A stretch of DNA of 64,000 nucleotides, from NCBI GenBank assembly GCA_964016885.1, contig OZ024742.1, positions 195,052,001 through 195,116,000 of the forward strand. Reading direction: 5' to 3'. This document shows, piece after piece, positions 13,643 through 26,704 of this stretch. The translations under genes were made by a program, and so were the position numbers. This DNA comes from Eledone cirrhosa (Eukaryota). A model generated the notes under the pieces. It was given only the letters and a program-made list of their open reading frames with translations, searched no databases and was not told the DNA's origin. Position 1 is the first letter of the stretch. Every line of letters begins with the position of its first letter.

Positions 13643-13842
13643 ATATGTATATGTGTATGCGTGCATTTATATATATGTGTATATATGTATGTGGGTGTAA
13701 GTATGCTTTTGTGTTTTTTTGTGTGTGTTTGCATGTGTAGTTTTAATTTATTTTTCCTTTCCTTCTCCCTTTTCCAGCCTCACTTTCATATAGATTGCAT
13801 TTTTGTTTTTAGAATCCATATTTAATAAACAAACCAGGATTT

Positions 13843-13901
13843 TTCATTCTGAGGATTGAAAGCAAAACCTTTTGCTTTTAAGAAACCACTGGTAAATGGA
13901 A
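13843..13901 (+). ncRNA. Hammerhead ribozyme in the PLE 2 pseudo-LTR (mirror copy 8745-8803, minus)
   Basis: TTCATT-CTGAGGA-TTGAAAGCAAAA-CC-TTTTGCTTTTAA-GAAA-CCACTGG-TA-AATGGAA. Stems I, II and III all pair; GUA cleavage site. Confidence 0.8.
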
Positions 13902-14014
13902 TAATTGCCTTATGTTGTTTATTACATAATAATAATAATTAAGCTCTGTTGCATACATAGAGCACTCTTTTTCCCTGGACTTTTCCGATGGAATTACTTC
14001 ATTCACACATATAT

Positions 14015-14111
<97 letters not shown>

Positions 14112-14242
14112 GATAAATCTACCAAGAGTTTACGGTAGTGTCCAATCCGTATGAAGAACTCAATGTAATCCGGATATCATGGAAAGAAGAGATGCAATGA
14201 AAAATCACTTTCGGTGAAAGATAAACGGAATACAGAGTCAAG

Positions 14243-14350
14243 ATAAAATATTAAAAAAATAATGAATAAAACAATGAAACAGTTCCTTATATTAAACAAA
14301 AAAAGTTCAATATAAGGAACTGTTTCATTGTTTTATTCATTATTTTTTTA

Positions 14351-14359
<9 letters not shown>
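14243..14359. repeat. 51-bp perfect inverted repeat with a 15-bp loop
   Basis: 14243-14293 is the reverse complement of 14309-14359; followed by (TA)n. Confidence 0.9.
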
Positions 14360-14449
<90 letters not shown>

Positions 14450-14490
14450 GTTAAACAAGGTTCAACGTATAAATCAAAGAATGAGTTTTA

Positions 14491-14733
14491 CAACATCCAT
14501 ACTACCTATTATACAGTCTGTTAGGTCCCTAGATCGGTTATTTTTGCTGATTTTGCTGAGGAGGTCCTCCGTGACTGAATCTTAACCATCTATTATGTCA
14601 GTGTATGTCTTGTATCATCTTATTTATCTGATGAGGACGTACTGTTGAAGTTAACTCAGTACCTCTGAAATATGTTTAATAAAATATACTTCATCACAAG
14701 AATATCTATTTTGTTAATATTTTGAATTAATAT

Positions 14734-14735
<2 letters not shown>
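14491..14735. mobile_element. Short PLE insertion: 82-bp antisense RT piece of the PLE 1 family joined to a hammerhead-like motif (about 14621-14688, plus)
   Basis: 14491-14572 matches 7818-7899. Then CTGATGA-GGAC-GTACTG...CAGTAC-CTCT-GAAA-TATGTT. (TA)n tracts on both sides. Confidence 0.6.
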
Positions 14736-14782
<47 letters not shown>

Positions 14783-14785
<3 letters not shown>

Positions 14786-15170
14786 TAAACGGAATAGAAA
14801 ATGCTGACAAATTGTTCACAGTTGAAAAATGGTTTAATTAGGAATAAAAGAGTATTAGTGATTGTATGGGTTAGTATTCAGTTGTGGTTTTAAGTTTTTA
14901 AGTTTTTACCGGTTGCGCATTTCTAAATGCTTTTTAAAAATAATTTTGAGATAGAGATATAAATAGAGGTGTGACACACGAGTTGTGACATGTTAGTAAA
15001 AAGGAAAAGAAAATGCTAACAAATTTTTCCCAGTGAAAAATAGTTTAATTAGGAATAAGTATAAATTAGTAATAAGTATCAGTTAGTATTCAGTTTTAGT
15101 TTTAAGTGTTTACCGGTTGCGCATTTCTTATGTTTTTCAAAAATAATTTTGAGATAGAGTGCTCGTGATC
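14783..15170 (-). repeat. Tandem pair of a roughly 200-bp repeat family (also 23844-24174) with a hammerhead-variant motif
   Basis: Shared AATGCTGAC...TTTAATTAGGAATAA...TACCGGTTGCGCATTTCT...TTTTGAGATAGAG. Confidence 0.7.
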
Positions 15171-15771
15171 AGTTTTGGAAATTCTTTCTGTTTTATGTGA
15201 AAAAAGTGTCTTGGGAGGTATTACAATTTGGTTGGTTGTTGAATGTCACATGAATAAGCACTATAAATTTCGTGCCAATTCGTGTTGCAAAAATTCTTGT
15301 AGTCAAATAATTTTGATTGGTCGGTAGAAATCACGTGAATGTTTAAATTGATTTTAGCGCGAACTGGTTTCGCGCCAAATGTAGGTTTGTCGAAGAGTGT
15401 CCTTTTCCGCTTGATTGAGTTGCAGTTATGTTGAGAGGTCAACAGTTCAGGTGTCTATTAAGACAAATATGTGTGTGTGTGTGTGTAACAAAGTGGTTCA
15501 TTGATGTGATAATGGAAATGAATCGGTCAGTACACACACACACGCGCATGCACACGCGTACACTAACATACAGACAGACAGACACACACACACACACACA
15601 CACACACCCACACACATACACACTTCTCCGTATAAGACAAAAGCTGAAAAATATGTTTCAACATGTTAAAATACACACACACCCCTCCCTCCCGCACACA
15701 CACACACACGTACACACACGTACACACACATTCCTACTGACCGATTCATTTCCATTATCACATCAATGATA

Positions 15772-16460
15772 GGCACAAGGCTAGTAATTTGGAGGGAGGG
15801 GAAAGTCGATTAAATCGACCCCAGTACGTTACTGGTGCTTTATTTTATCGACCCCTTAAAGATGAAATGCAAAGTTAACCTCGGCGGGATTTGAACTCAT
15901 ACTGCAAAGGGCCATAACTCTATGCTACAAAGCAAGGTGTCCGACTCTCTACCGATACTGCCAATCCACCGCCCTTGTATGTGTATATAACTGTTTCTAC
16001 TTTTGGCACAAGGCCAGCAAAAGCCAGTGCATTACTGGTACTTTATTTTATCTACCCCGTAAGGATGAAAGGCAAAGTTAACCGTACAGGGACGTAACTA
16101 TGCTGGAAAGCATGGCGTCCGACCTTCTACTGATACTGCCATATCACATTATATATGTACGTAACATTCTAATTATATATACATCACACTCTATGTATTT
16201 ATAACATTATCATTATATATACACCACACTAAATATGTATGTAACATTATAATTATATATATATTACACTGTATGAGTATATAACTGTTTCTACTTTAAG
16301 CACAAGGCCAGCAATTACTCAGTACATTACTGGTACTTTATTTTATCGACCCCGTAAAGATGAAAGGCAAAGTTAACCTCGGCGGGATTTGAACTCAGAC
16401 TGTAAAGGGACGTAACTATGCTAGAAAGCATGGCGTCCAACCCTCTACCTATACTGCCAA
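15772..16460 (-). mobile_element. Three copies of tRNA-derived SINE family A (about 15772-15974, 15995-16140, 16290-16460)
   Basis: Reverse complement of the head GGGCGGTGGATTGGCAGTATCGG (box A) and GAGTTCAAATCC (box B), with core CTTTCATCCTTACGGGGTCGATAAAATAAAGTACCAG. Confidence 0.85.
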
Positions 16461-16811
16461 ACGTTATCAAATTATATATGTACGTAACATTCTAATTGTA
16501 TTCATAACATTATGATTATATATACACCACACTATATATGTACGTAACATTATAATTATATATACATCACTCACATTAAATAGGTATATAAAATCATAAT
16601 GATATATATAAACCATATTATATATGTATATAACCAAACAATTAATTGTACATCTAAAATCAGTACGCCCTTCACAACAAAAAGAAATGCAGCCAGAGTT
16701 ATTTCCCTTGCACCACTGGCTACTGATCTTAAAATATTCAACTATTCTTTCTCTCTCTTTCTCTCTCTCCCTCGCTCGCTCTCTCGCTCTCTGTCTCTCT
16801 CTGTATATCGC

Positions 16812-17046
16812 TAACCTTTAGCATTTAAACCTGCCGTATCCGGCCGGAATTCTCTCACCTTTTTCTATTCAAACTGGCTGTAACCGGACACTCATACCAA
16901 CGTTAAGACGTTAAGGTATTGTTCTCAAAATAGATAACATCAAAATCTTATAGATTCGATTTTATGTGAGATAATTATGTGAAGTAAAGCCTTTACCGAG
17001 AAAATACAATAGTATATATAGAGTAATGTAAATGCTAAAGGATTAA
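16812..17046. mobile_element. MITE with terminal inverted repeats
   Basis: TAACCTTTAGCATTTA ... TAAATGCTAAAGGATTAA. Confidence 0.65.
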
Positions 17047-18899
17047 ATAAAAGTGTAATGAATCTATTAAAAAGAAAAACATATTTACTAGACAAAGTAA
17101 ATGAGTTTTGTCCTCACATACAGAATAAGTATTAAAATAACACTACTTGATTTAAACAGACATACAAGTATATTAATAGATTCCCTTTCTCCCCACATGT
17201 TTCCTTCTTTTCATGAAATAAAATGAAATAATTACTCCCGGGTACCATATAATAGGGGAGGTGGAATAAGCGGAGGCATCGGAATAAATGGTGTGGGAAA
17301 CAAGCAGGGAATGGTGGAAAATCCTTAATTTTTCTAGCTGTTCTCCATTGATTTTTTCCAAAACCAGAATTAGTTGTTTAGTTTTCATAATGAGACCCCA
17401 ACCCATCCTATTTATTTCTAGTAATATACTGATCTTTGTCATGTATAATGTTTTTTAATTATAAAAAATATTAATTGTCACGGGAATGCTACCACTTAAA
17501 ATAAAATTTCGCCGGAGATATATTAACAAGACTTATACGTGCTGAACTTTTTAGTTTTAGGATGGTTAGAATGTTTTAATTTAATGCCTGTATGTATAAC
17601 TTTTCAATTCCAATTAACTCACCAAGCAAACATTGATATGTAAAAATGTGTGTGTGTGTGGGGGGGGGGGGGGGGGGGGTATTCTACATTTTTGTGTATG
17701 AGTAAAAAAAAAACCTGAAATGTCCCAGGCACCCAAGGTCTAAATCCAACTCTTCTTCAGAATATATGGTACTAGTATAGCTGTTAGCCACAACTTGACA
17801 GGAACTACATATTGGGGACAGGAACTACATATTGTGGCCTGATGAAGTACGTCGTCTTAGTAACAGTATAGTGAGGGCCAGGGTAATTTTGCTTTTACTT
17901 AATAGGGTGACTCTGTATTGTGTAATATATTTTTGGTCAGTTGAGATTTGTTGTATTTAGTTATTTGGTAGGACTCTGTAAGGAAACATTATATAAGAGA
18001 TACATGTAGGTTATACGTGCATTTCAACACGTGTTACTCCTGCATGTGTAAGGTATTGATGGACAGCTTCTTGTTACCTTGAAGTCCCTATATGAATGCG
18101 ATAGTATTTATGTTCGGATAAAATATAGGCGTCAGGTTCTGCCATGGGTATGTATTGTTTAAAGACTTCAAAATTTAATATTTTGTAGTCATAATGTTGT
18201 TGTGAGTTATCTCCTTTCGGGCTTAAACAAGTCTGAGAGGGGACGACCAGGGGACAACGGAAGCGACAAATATAAATAGCCTGTCTTAGATCAAGCGGCA
18301 ATCATTTCGAAGGCGGTTCTTGATAGAGTAAACATGTGAACAATTGCTTCCTACAGACGCTTTTGGGGGTCTTACAGACTCCTTCTGTCTCCCTTTCACT
18401 CAATCTCTATCTCTTGGCTCTCTCTTAGCCAAGCCAGTGAAATTCATGAAGTTTTCTTGGTAAATACAATGTAATTCTACTTTTACTCACAAACAAATAA
18501 CGGCCATAATTTCTGTGTATTTTTCGTATAGTTCTGACGTGAGCTATTTTCAATAAATTAATAATATAGCGGTTTGGTGTCATCGTGGTTCATTTATATA
18601 TATTCAGTTTCTGCGTGATCAAGGAACTTCAAATCATCATCATCATCATCTTATTGAACACTCACTTATCTGCACACATACAACCTCTGGTCACACTGTG
18701 TCACACAACAGTGACCACAAGACACGGAAAGATACAATTGAGCACACACGCAACAAACGAATCAACACCACAACACAATCAACTCACCACCTCGACCATG
18801 CAAATAATCGCTATAACCCTACCTCACCCGATCAAAATCAGGGCTACGTCCATGAAACTGGATAGACGGAAACCCTCTGGAATCCAGTCTAGTCGACTA

Positions 18900-19262
18900 T
18901 ACCTGTAATTCGAAAGGCTAGTCTCGTCACACACTGTGCCATGTTCAATCTCCCTAACAGTTACGTTACGGGTAGATCATCTGTGGAATATTCAACCATT
19001 TAGACCGGGGATTCTCAATTTTTGGGGACCACCCGGGTAGCGCCTACTTTGAGAAACTCTGATTTAGACTAACATATAATGTAGCCTGTGCCTGGACTTC
19101 AAAAGGTCGGCCTCGTAACATTCTCTGTCACGTTCAATGTCCTTGCGAACAACGGTAAGTGCACACCTGTCTGTGGAATGCTCTGCCACTTACACGTTAA
19201 TTTCATGTGCAGGTTGTTGCATTAATCGATCTACTGGAACATTCATCGTCGAAACTGAAGTC
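18900..19262. mobile_element. Fragments of SINE family B body (related pieces at 21235-21430, 21465-21720, 22815-22895)
   Basis: Shared TGTGGAATGCTC...TTACACGTTAATTTCA...CAGGTTGTT...AACTGGAAC motif, present in both orientations. Confidence 0.55.
19006..19061. mobile_element. 56-bp hAT/Charlie-type MITE with an 8-bp target-site duplication
   Basis: TIRs CGGGGATTCTCAA / TTGAGAAACTCTG flanked by ATTTAGAC at 18998-19005 and 19062-19069. Confidence 0.75.
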
Positions 19263-19389
19263 AAACAGCAGTCAAATCGACTACCTTATAAGGGAACCTA
19301 CCTTATAAGGGAAAAAAGGGACACATTGGATAATGTGTTGAGGGGTATATGTGGTGGTGAAGAAAGGGCTCTCTTTCTCTCTAGCTTTC

Positions 19390-19480
<91 letters not shown>

Positions 19481-19617
19481 TTGTGTGTGTGTTTGTGTGT
19501 ATGTTTGTGTGTATGTGTGTATATGTGTGTGTGTGCATGTGTGTGTGTGTGTGTGTGCATTTATGTACGTAAGTATATTGTGTCAGATCGCTCTTCAACG
19601 CTACAGGTAACATGTAA

Positions 19618-20560
19618 CCCAGTACAACTGGTGCATGGTTGGGTCGTCGGTGACTAAACCGGCAACGGCACCAAACAAGTTTGGTGCGGTTGCCGGTTTA
19701 GTCAACTTGTTTGGTGAGGAGGGTGATTTTGGCCACCCTGCGGGATGAAAAACAAGGCCCGTTACATGTGGAGGAACTCAGGAGAGTCAACGGCCATCCA
19801 ATAAAGTTTTCTTTTCTTCTTTTGTTTTTTTGGGGGGAGGGGGTGGGACTCCTAATCTTCATTAAGACATCTCTCTAGGAGAAGGTCACCCTCATATAAA
19901 ATCTGCGACTTCGTTTGCATCCAATGGTGTAGACCAGTTCGTCTTTTGAGGCAAATGCATTCGATGTTCAGAGAATGGGATTGGCCCAGTGCAATGCCTT
20001 TCTTTTCTTAAAATATCTTCAAGCATCGCTTGATATGTGACATATCTTGAGATGCATGGTATTGCTGGTCATAGGCAAGTCACTGGCAGGACTTAAAAGC
20101 CACGCCCGTGTTGCTCATGCTTAAGTATCAAGCGGTAGCATTACTCGAAATCGAGTTACAGCCATCATCATGTATGTATGTATGCATGTATGTATGTCCC
20201 CGCGCGGGGAATTAGTCTGGCTTGGATACCCAATCGCGCGGTTAGACAACTGGGAGTGAATGACCCCTAGCCTTTGTCGGAGCATTATTCTAGGAGAAGG
20301 CAACTCAGGAAACTGGGATAACTCCGACATAAAACCTGCGGCTCAGTAGCTACCGATGATGTTGATCTTTTCTTCTTTTCGGGTTATAGCTACTATCCCT
20401 GAGAGAGTGGGATTGGCTCAGTGCACAGTCTTTCCTCACTTAAAAAAAAATCTTCATGCACAGACATTGCACGATAGAATTAATTAATAATTATTAATAA
20501 TGGTATATTGTGCAATGGCCATACTCGATAACGAGGGCGCAGCCATCTTGTATGTATGTA
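19618..20560 (+). mobile_element. Two diverged copies of the bipartite RTE-derived element with (TATG)n tails (19618-20172, about 20197-20550)
   Basis: Homologous to the reverse complement of 39438-40011: CCCAGTACAA...GACTAAAC...CTAGGAGAAGG...ACTCGAAA.CGAG..CAGCCA. Confidence 0.7.
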
Positions 20561-20637
20561 TAAATATATATATTTATGTATAATGATATATATATATATA
20601 TATATATATATACATGTGTGTGTGTGTGTGTGTGTGC

Positions 20638-20724
<87 letters not shown>

Positions 20725-21937
20725 TGTTTGTGTAACAACAACTCGCTGGAGAGCCATCGATTTTTCCCGGGTAAGAACAACAACAACATATCAACAGCAA
20801 CAAAAAACAACGACCAATACAACAACAGTTAGAATAACATCTACTACAACAACGACGATACGAGGACATCAGCAACAAAATCAACAACAACAAAATCAAC
20901 AACAACAAAATCAACAACAACAAAATCAACAGCCGAAGTAACTTCCGCCAAAACCATATTCATCTTTAAAGGGAAAGTTTTCTTTCCTTCACGCATCAAG
21001 TAAAAACACAGCTTATTAATTTAATTTCCGTTATTTTTTAATAAAGAAAATTTAATGAGAAGGTATTCTGATGAATTCCTCTTCTGGTGAATTCTTCTTG
21101 TGATAGAAGAAGAATTAATTTCTTAAAAGGGTCGTCTTAAAAATTAGTTTTTATAAACAAACACAAAAAAAATATCTAACATCAAAGGTTTGAAAATTAT
21201 TATTTATTTGTTAAATTACCACTTGCTGTTGTTGGACCTTCGTCGGATCCAACGACGAGTGTTCTAGTTGTTTGACTAATGGAACAACCTGTTCATAAAA
21301 ATTAACGCTCAAGTGGTTGAGCATTCTTATTGATACATGTACACATTATATACATTACGAAGTTCTCAGGGAGATCCAGCGTGACACAGTGTGTGACATG
21401 GCTACACCTTTGAATTATAGATACAGTCCATCTTTTCTTATTCACAGATACGTATTGTCGTTGGGCCACCGTCGGTTTCGACGATGAGTGTACTATTTTT
21501 TTTATTAACGCAGCAACCTGCTCGTAAAATTAGAGTACACATATCTGAGCATTCTCTTGGCAGGTGCACCTTTAATGTACTTCTCAGGTGATGCAGCGTG
21601 ACAAAAGGCGTAGTATGATTGGTCATTTAAATTACAGATATAACTTATTTTTGCCAGCTGAGTTGACTAGAACAACGTGGCATAAAGAGACTCGCTCAAG
21701 GAGAGAACACGCCACTAAACACCCTTACCACTAGTCCACACACCATCACAATTTACCAGTACCCGCGTGTTCATTTATTTGCATTTTCTAGCTGAAATAG
21801 GCGCGGGCGTAGCTGTTTTGTGTGCAGTGCTTTGTGTGGCACCTTGAACAAGGTTTGACTAATGCTAATATATGTACATGTGTGTGTGTGTCTGTGTGTC
21901 TCTGTGTGTGTGCGTATGTGTGTGTGTGTGTATGTAA

Positions 21938-22006
<69 letters not shown>

Positions 22007-22909
22007 TCCCGTAAATTAGCTTTTCGACGAAATGAGTTAGACGTGACGTCAAGACATGTACAGCTCGTCTGAGAAAGGAATTTCGCAAAGTGCAATGACT
22101 GGTACAGACTGTCTCGCCGGTTGTTCTTCGCGGCAAAGCTCCCGTTACCTTGTTTGTTGGGTGTTGCTATGATATGGTGGTCAGAAAGAAGCTCGATCTG
22201 GCGGAATGACTGATGCAGCCGGTATCGCTTTCTGTTCTTCGTGCTATTCACGGCAATACTTTGGCCATCTTGTGTACTGGAATATGCTCTTCAGAAAGAA
22301 ACTCCGTGAGGTAAAATAACTGATGCAACAAGTATCACCTGCTGTTCTTCGTGTTATTCACGGCAATGCATCCGTCGTCTTGTCTGCGGGGTGGTTCTGG
22401 GCTATGCTCTTCATAAAAAAAGCTCCATTGGGTGAAATGGCTGATGCAGCAGGTATCGCTGGCTGGTCTCCACATCATGGCTTTCACCATCTTGTCTGCG
22501 GAGCGCTGCTGAGATATACTAACCAAACAAATGTGTGGTGGTGACAGCACCCTCTACATTTCTCTCACTCCCCCCCCCCCCCCCTTTGTTAGTAAACAGC
22601 AATACTATAATGTGTCACATACCACAAGCTGTGATATGAAATAGCCACTTGTACAATATCAGGTATCCACTGAACAGGAAATTGAATCCACGTGTTACAG
22701 TGAAAGAACTTCAATAAAACTAATGGATAAGGATTCAACTCCATTCATTAACAGTATCAATTACTTCATTAGCTAAAGGAAAAGTGTGAGAGTGAGATAT
22801 ACTTGGCGTGAATGGACCTCCGTCGGTTTTAAGATGACTGTTCCAGTTGGTCGATCAACAGAACAGCCTATTTGTGAAATTAACATGGAATTTATTTAAA
22901 GTTTTAATT

Positions 22910-23009
<100 letters not shown>

Positions 23010-23012
23010 GTA

Positions 23013-23049
<37 letters not shown>

Positions 23050-23579
23050 GCTTAAAAATGGAATAAGAAGAAAGCAAGAAGAGGAGGAGGAAGTTTTCCT
23101 CATGAGTTGTCTACTGGTGTCTCGGTTATTCCAACGCTTTAAAGACAATATATATCTACCCCCAGAGTGTTCAATAACTGGGTAAGTATTGGGAAAATGG
23201 AGGAGGGAGAGAAGGAAAATAGAAGGGAAAAGGGAAAAGGGGGAGAAAAGAGAAAACAGCGGAAAAAACAACAAACCGAGAAATGTGCAAGCAACTGAAA
23301 GTAAGAAAATCCAAGACCACAGCGGTAACAGAACTTAATTTCGAGAACGTGTGATCGAACGAAAAGACACGTCTGACCCCAGCGAGTGTAAGTGAGAAAA
23401 GGACTGCTAGAAGGTCAGGCGAGAGAAACAATGAGGTGGCTTGCAGAGAGAGGATGAGTGAAAGTGAGAGGGAGAAAGGGAGAGGAAGAAAGAGGGGAAA
23501 GAGTAGATAGTAACGAAATAGGTAGATAGAGGGAGAGAAAAGACGGGTCATAGCGAAACATGATAAAATATATGGAGAA

Positions 23580-23645
<66 letters not shown>

Positions 23646-23767
23646 GTATTTTGAAGTTACACCACACCGTATATATGAAATATGTATATTGTGTTTGCGG
23701 AATTCAAATTGTAATGTAAATTTTTCAGTTCGGCCATCTGTTGTTTTTAATGTATATATATACACAT

Positions 23768-23843
<76 letters not shown>

Positions 23844-23845
<2 letters not shown>

Positions 23846-24170
23846 AATAGAGGTGTGACACACAAGTTGTGATATGTTAGTAAAAAGGAAAAGAAAATGC
23901 TGACTAAGTTTTCCCAGTGAAAAATAGTTTAATTAGGAATAAGTATGAATTAGTAATAAGTATTGGTTAGTATTCAGTTTTAATTTTAAGCTTTTACCGG
24001 TTGCGCATTTCTAATGGTTTTCAAAAATTATTTTGAGATAGAGCACTCGTGATGTTTGCTCTAATCTGGATTAGAGCAAACATCACGAGCGCTCTATCTC
24101 AAAATTACTTATTCCTAATTAAACTATTTTTCACTGGGAAAAATTTGTCAGCATTTCCGTTTCCTTTTTA

Positions 24171-24174
<4 letters not shown>
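23844..24174. repeat. Fold-back copy of the 14783-15170 family with a 76-bp palindrome (24030-24105)
   Basis: Centre CTAATC-TG-GATTAG; 24106-24174 is an inverted copy of 23878-23945; (TA)n on both sides. Confidence 0.85.
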
Positions 24175-24213
<39 letters not shown>

Positions 24214-24216
<3 letters not shown>

Positions 24217-25290
24217 ATTAATAAATGGAAACTATATTTATAAAACCATATTTATTTCATTATATATATTTCAAGGATACCAAGTTAAATCATGGTATGC
24301 CTTCATAAGACAAAATACAATATATAACAGTTTTACAAATAGATATTGACGTACCCTTTCAAAAAGGTGACCGTTGTTTTTGGAGGCCATCCGGATAGTG
24401 GTTTGTTTACTTTAGTAAGTCATAGTGTTAAGAGTAAGTAAAAAGATGAAGAGAGAGAGGGAGAAACGTGGAGAAAAGAAAGGGAAAGATAGATAAAGAA
24501 AAAGAAGAAAGCAAAAAGAAAAGAGAACAGAGGAAAAATAACGGGGAGATATCAAAACATCAGACAGAGACAGAACTCAAGAGAGAGATATGCAGAGATA
24601 GAGAGAGGGGGGAGAGAACGAAAACCTTAAGTTATGTTATATTAAGTTGAGTTAACAATTGAGATGAAATGAATAAATAAAATTAGAAATATTAATATTC
24701 GTGAATGGAATATAGATATATAATATGAGAAATTACACATTGTTTAATTATGATTATATATTTAGTTTAAAAATTGAGATCAATATATTAAAAATTGGAA
24801 TTTAAACATTATAAAATATATATATATTGCTAGAAAGATTATCTATCGTATATCACATATACATAGGCAAAGGTACATAAATATATACATATACTCACTC
24901 ACTCAGAAAATACACACTATATCTACTCCCGCACATAATGTATACATACAAAGCATAAGTGATTTTTTATTTATTGCTATACACTCCTTGTGTTATTAAT
25001 TAAAAAACTTTAGTATATATATATAAATATATAGGATTAACTTTTCTGCATTTACGGCTCACCTTTTTGAAAGGGTACGTCAATATCTATTTGTAAAACT
25101 GTTATATATTGTATTTTGTCTGATGAAGGCATACCATGATTTAACTTGGTATCCTTGAAATATATATAATGAAATAAATATGGTTTTATAAATATAGTTT
25201 CCATTTATTAATATTTTGTCGAGTGCTTTATATCAGTTATAATAATATTTGCTTGTTGTATCCCAACAATTTAAATAGAACTTTTGCATA
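24214..25290. mobile_element. Non-coding PLE-type element with inverted hammerhead-containing repeats (24214-24370 / 25059-25215)
   Basis: The arms are reverse complements; (TA)n flanks. Confidence 0.8.
25112..25176 (+). ncRNA. Minimal hammerhead ribozyme (left mirror 24253-24317 has a mutated core, CUUAUGA)
   Basis: TATTTTGT-CTGATGA-AGGCATACCA-loop-TGGTATCCTT-GAAA-TATATA-TA-ATGAAATA. Stem I is 8 bp with G.U wobbles; stem III is a self-complementary AU run. Confidence 0.75.
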
Positions 25291-25410
25291 TATATATATA
25301 TATATATAGTCTATCAAAGTTCTTTCGTCACACATCTGTGACATCATCAGTGGTACTATTATGTTTCCTCCCGTTGTATTTTAATGCCTACGCCATTTTT
25401 ATTTAATTTA

Positions 25411-25453
<43 letters not shown>

Positions 25454-25617
25454 GATAAGTCGAAAAAAAGTATCAGTCCAGTATTGGGTTTGATTCTTCC
25501 TCTATAGAATAAATGAACTGTGTTCAGACATGGAGATAGTTGGGCTCCGCCAGGTTTAAAAGTGTCCTAGACACGCCATTTGACGGTGCCTTTACCCTTT
25601 TATTATTATATATATAA

Positions 25618-25805
25618 TGGCAGTGGATTGGCAGTATCGGTAGAGAGTCGGATGCCATGCTTTCCAGCATAGTTACGTCCCTTTACGATCTGAGTTCAAA
25701 TCCCGCCGAGGTTGACTTTGCCTTTCATCCTTACGGGGTCGATAAAATAAAGTACCAGTAATGCACTGGGTAATTGCTGGCCTTGTGCCTAAAGTAGAAA
25801 CAATT
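25618..25805 (+). mobile_element. SINE family A
   Basis: Box A/B head, core, GGCCTTGTGCCTAAAGTAGAAACAATTAT tail. Confidence 0.9.
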
Positions 25806-26704
25806 ATATATATATAGTTGTGTGGTTGTGGGTGGGTGTTGATGTTTGTTTGATCTGTAAGCTAGAAGTTCGGTAATAAGAGAACATTTAATTAAGTACG
25901 AGACTTGAAAAATAATTAGTTCTTATATCAATATGTTCGACTAAATCCATCATAGCGATGCTCCAGTATGTCCGCAGTCTGTTTACTCAAACAAGTAGAA
26001 GTCTATTTCGACTATTTTCAAACTTAAAACCACTAAAAAGTATTATAAATACATATTAACCCTAACGACGTGTTTATTGCAATTATTGCTGTTGCTGTTG
26101 CTGTTGCTGTTGCTTTCGTTGTTGTTGCTTCTTTTTATGTTGTTAAAGATTAAAGCATATTCTGATTATACTAATCTGCTAATGGAAGCTTTTCCCGCGG
26201 GAGAAGTTTTTCCTGGCAATGTTTTAAGACTTCAACACGGTATTAGTAGTGATACTTACATGTTAAGGACTTGCTTTAATTAGAATTGTTGCCAAAAATG
26301 TATTGTTTGTTCTGTACATTACACATTTTCTGTGTGTATGCATTTCAAAATAGGTAAACAATATCCTTACAAGTCATAAGATGTGGTTAATATTGTTGGT
26401 ATCAAGAAGGGTATTTGGTTGTAAAACATTTCTTCAAAGAGGGTTACAGGATGAGCGTAAAGCCTATCGTGAGATGTGGAAGGCTAACTCCTGTTTTAGG
26501 AGTGAAATGACAATAAAATGTTTTCTGATTTAGACACAACGCCAACAATTTTTGAGGGACGAGAAAATCAATGAAATCAAATTCAGTGCATGACTGGTAC
26601 TTTATGTTATCGACCTCGCAAGAAAGAACGAAGATAAACACTGAAGACATGGTTCGTTGATAGATTGATATGGGCAAGTTAAAAGAATAACACAGGGTAA
26701 ATTT

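Larger units (their letters stand above)
8710..13936. mobile_element. Penelope-like element 2 (probably Naiad-type) as a 5.2-kb inverted repeat: arms 8710-11198 and 11449-13936
   Basis: The arms are reverse complements differing mainly in microsatellite lengths. The 250-bp spacer continues the minus-strand ORF. Confidence 0.9.
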
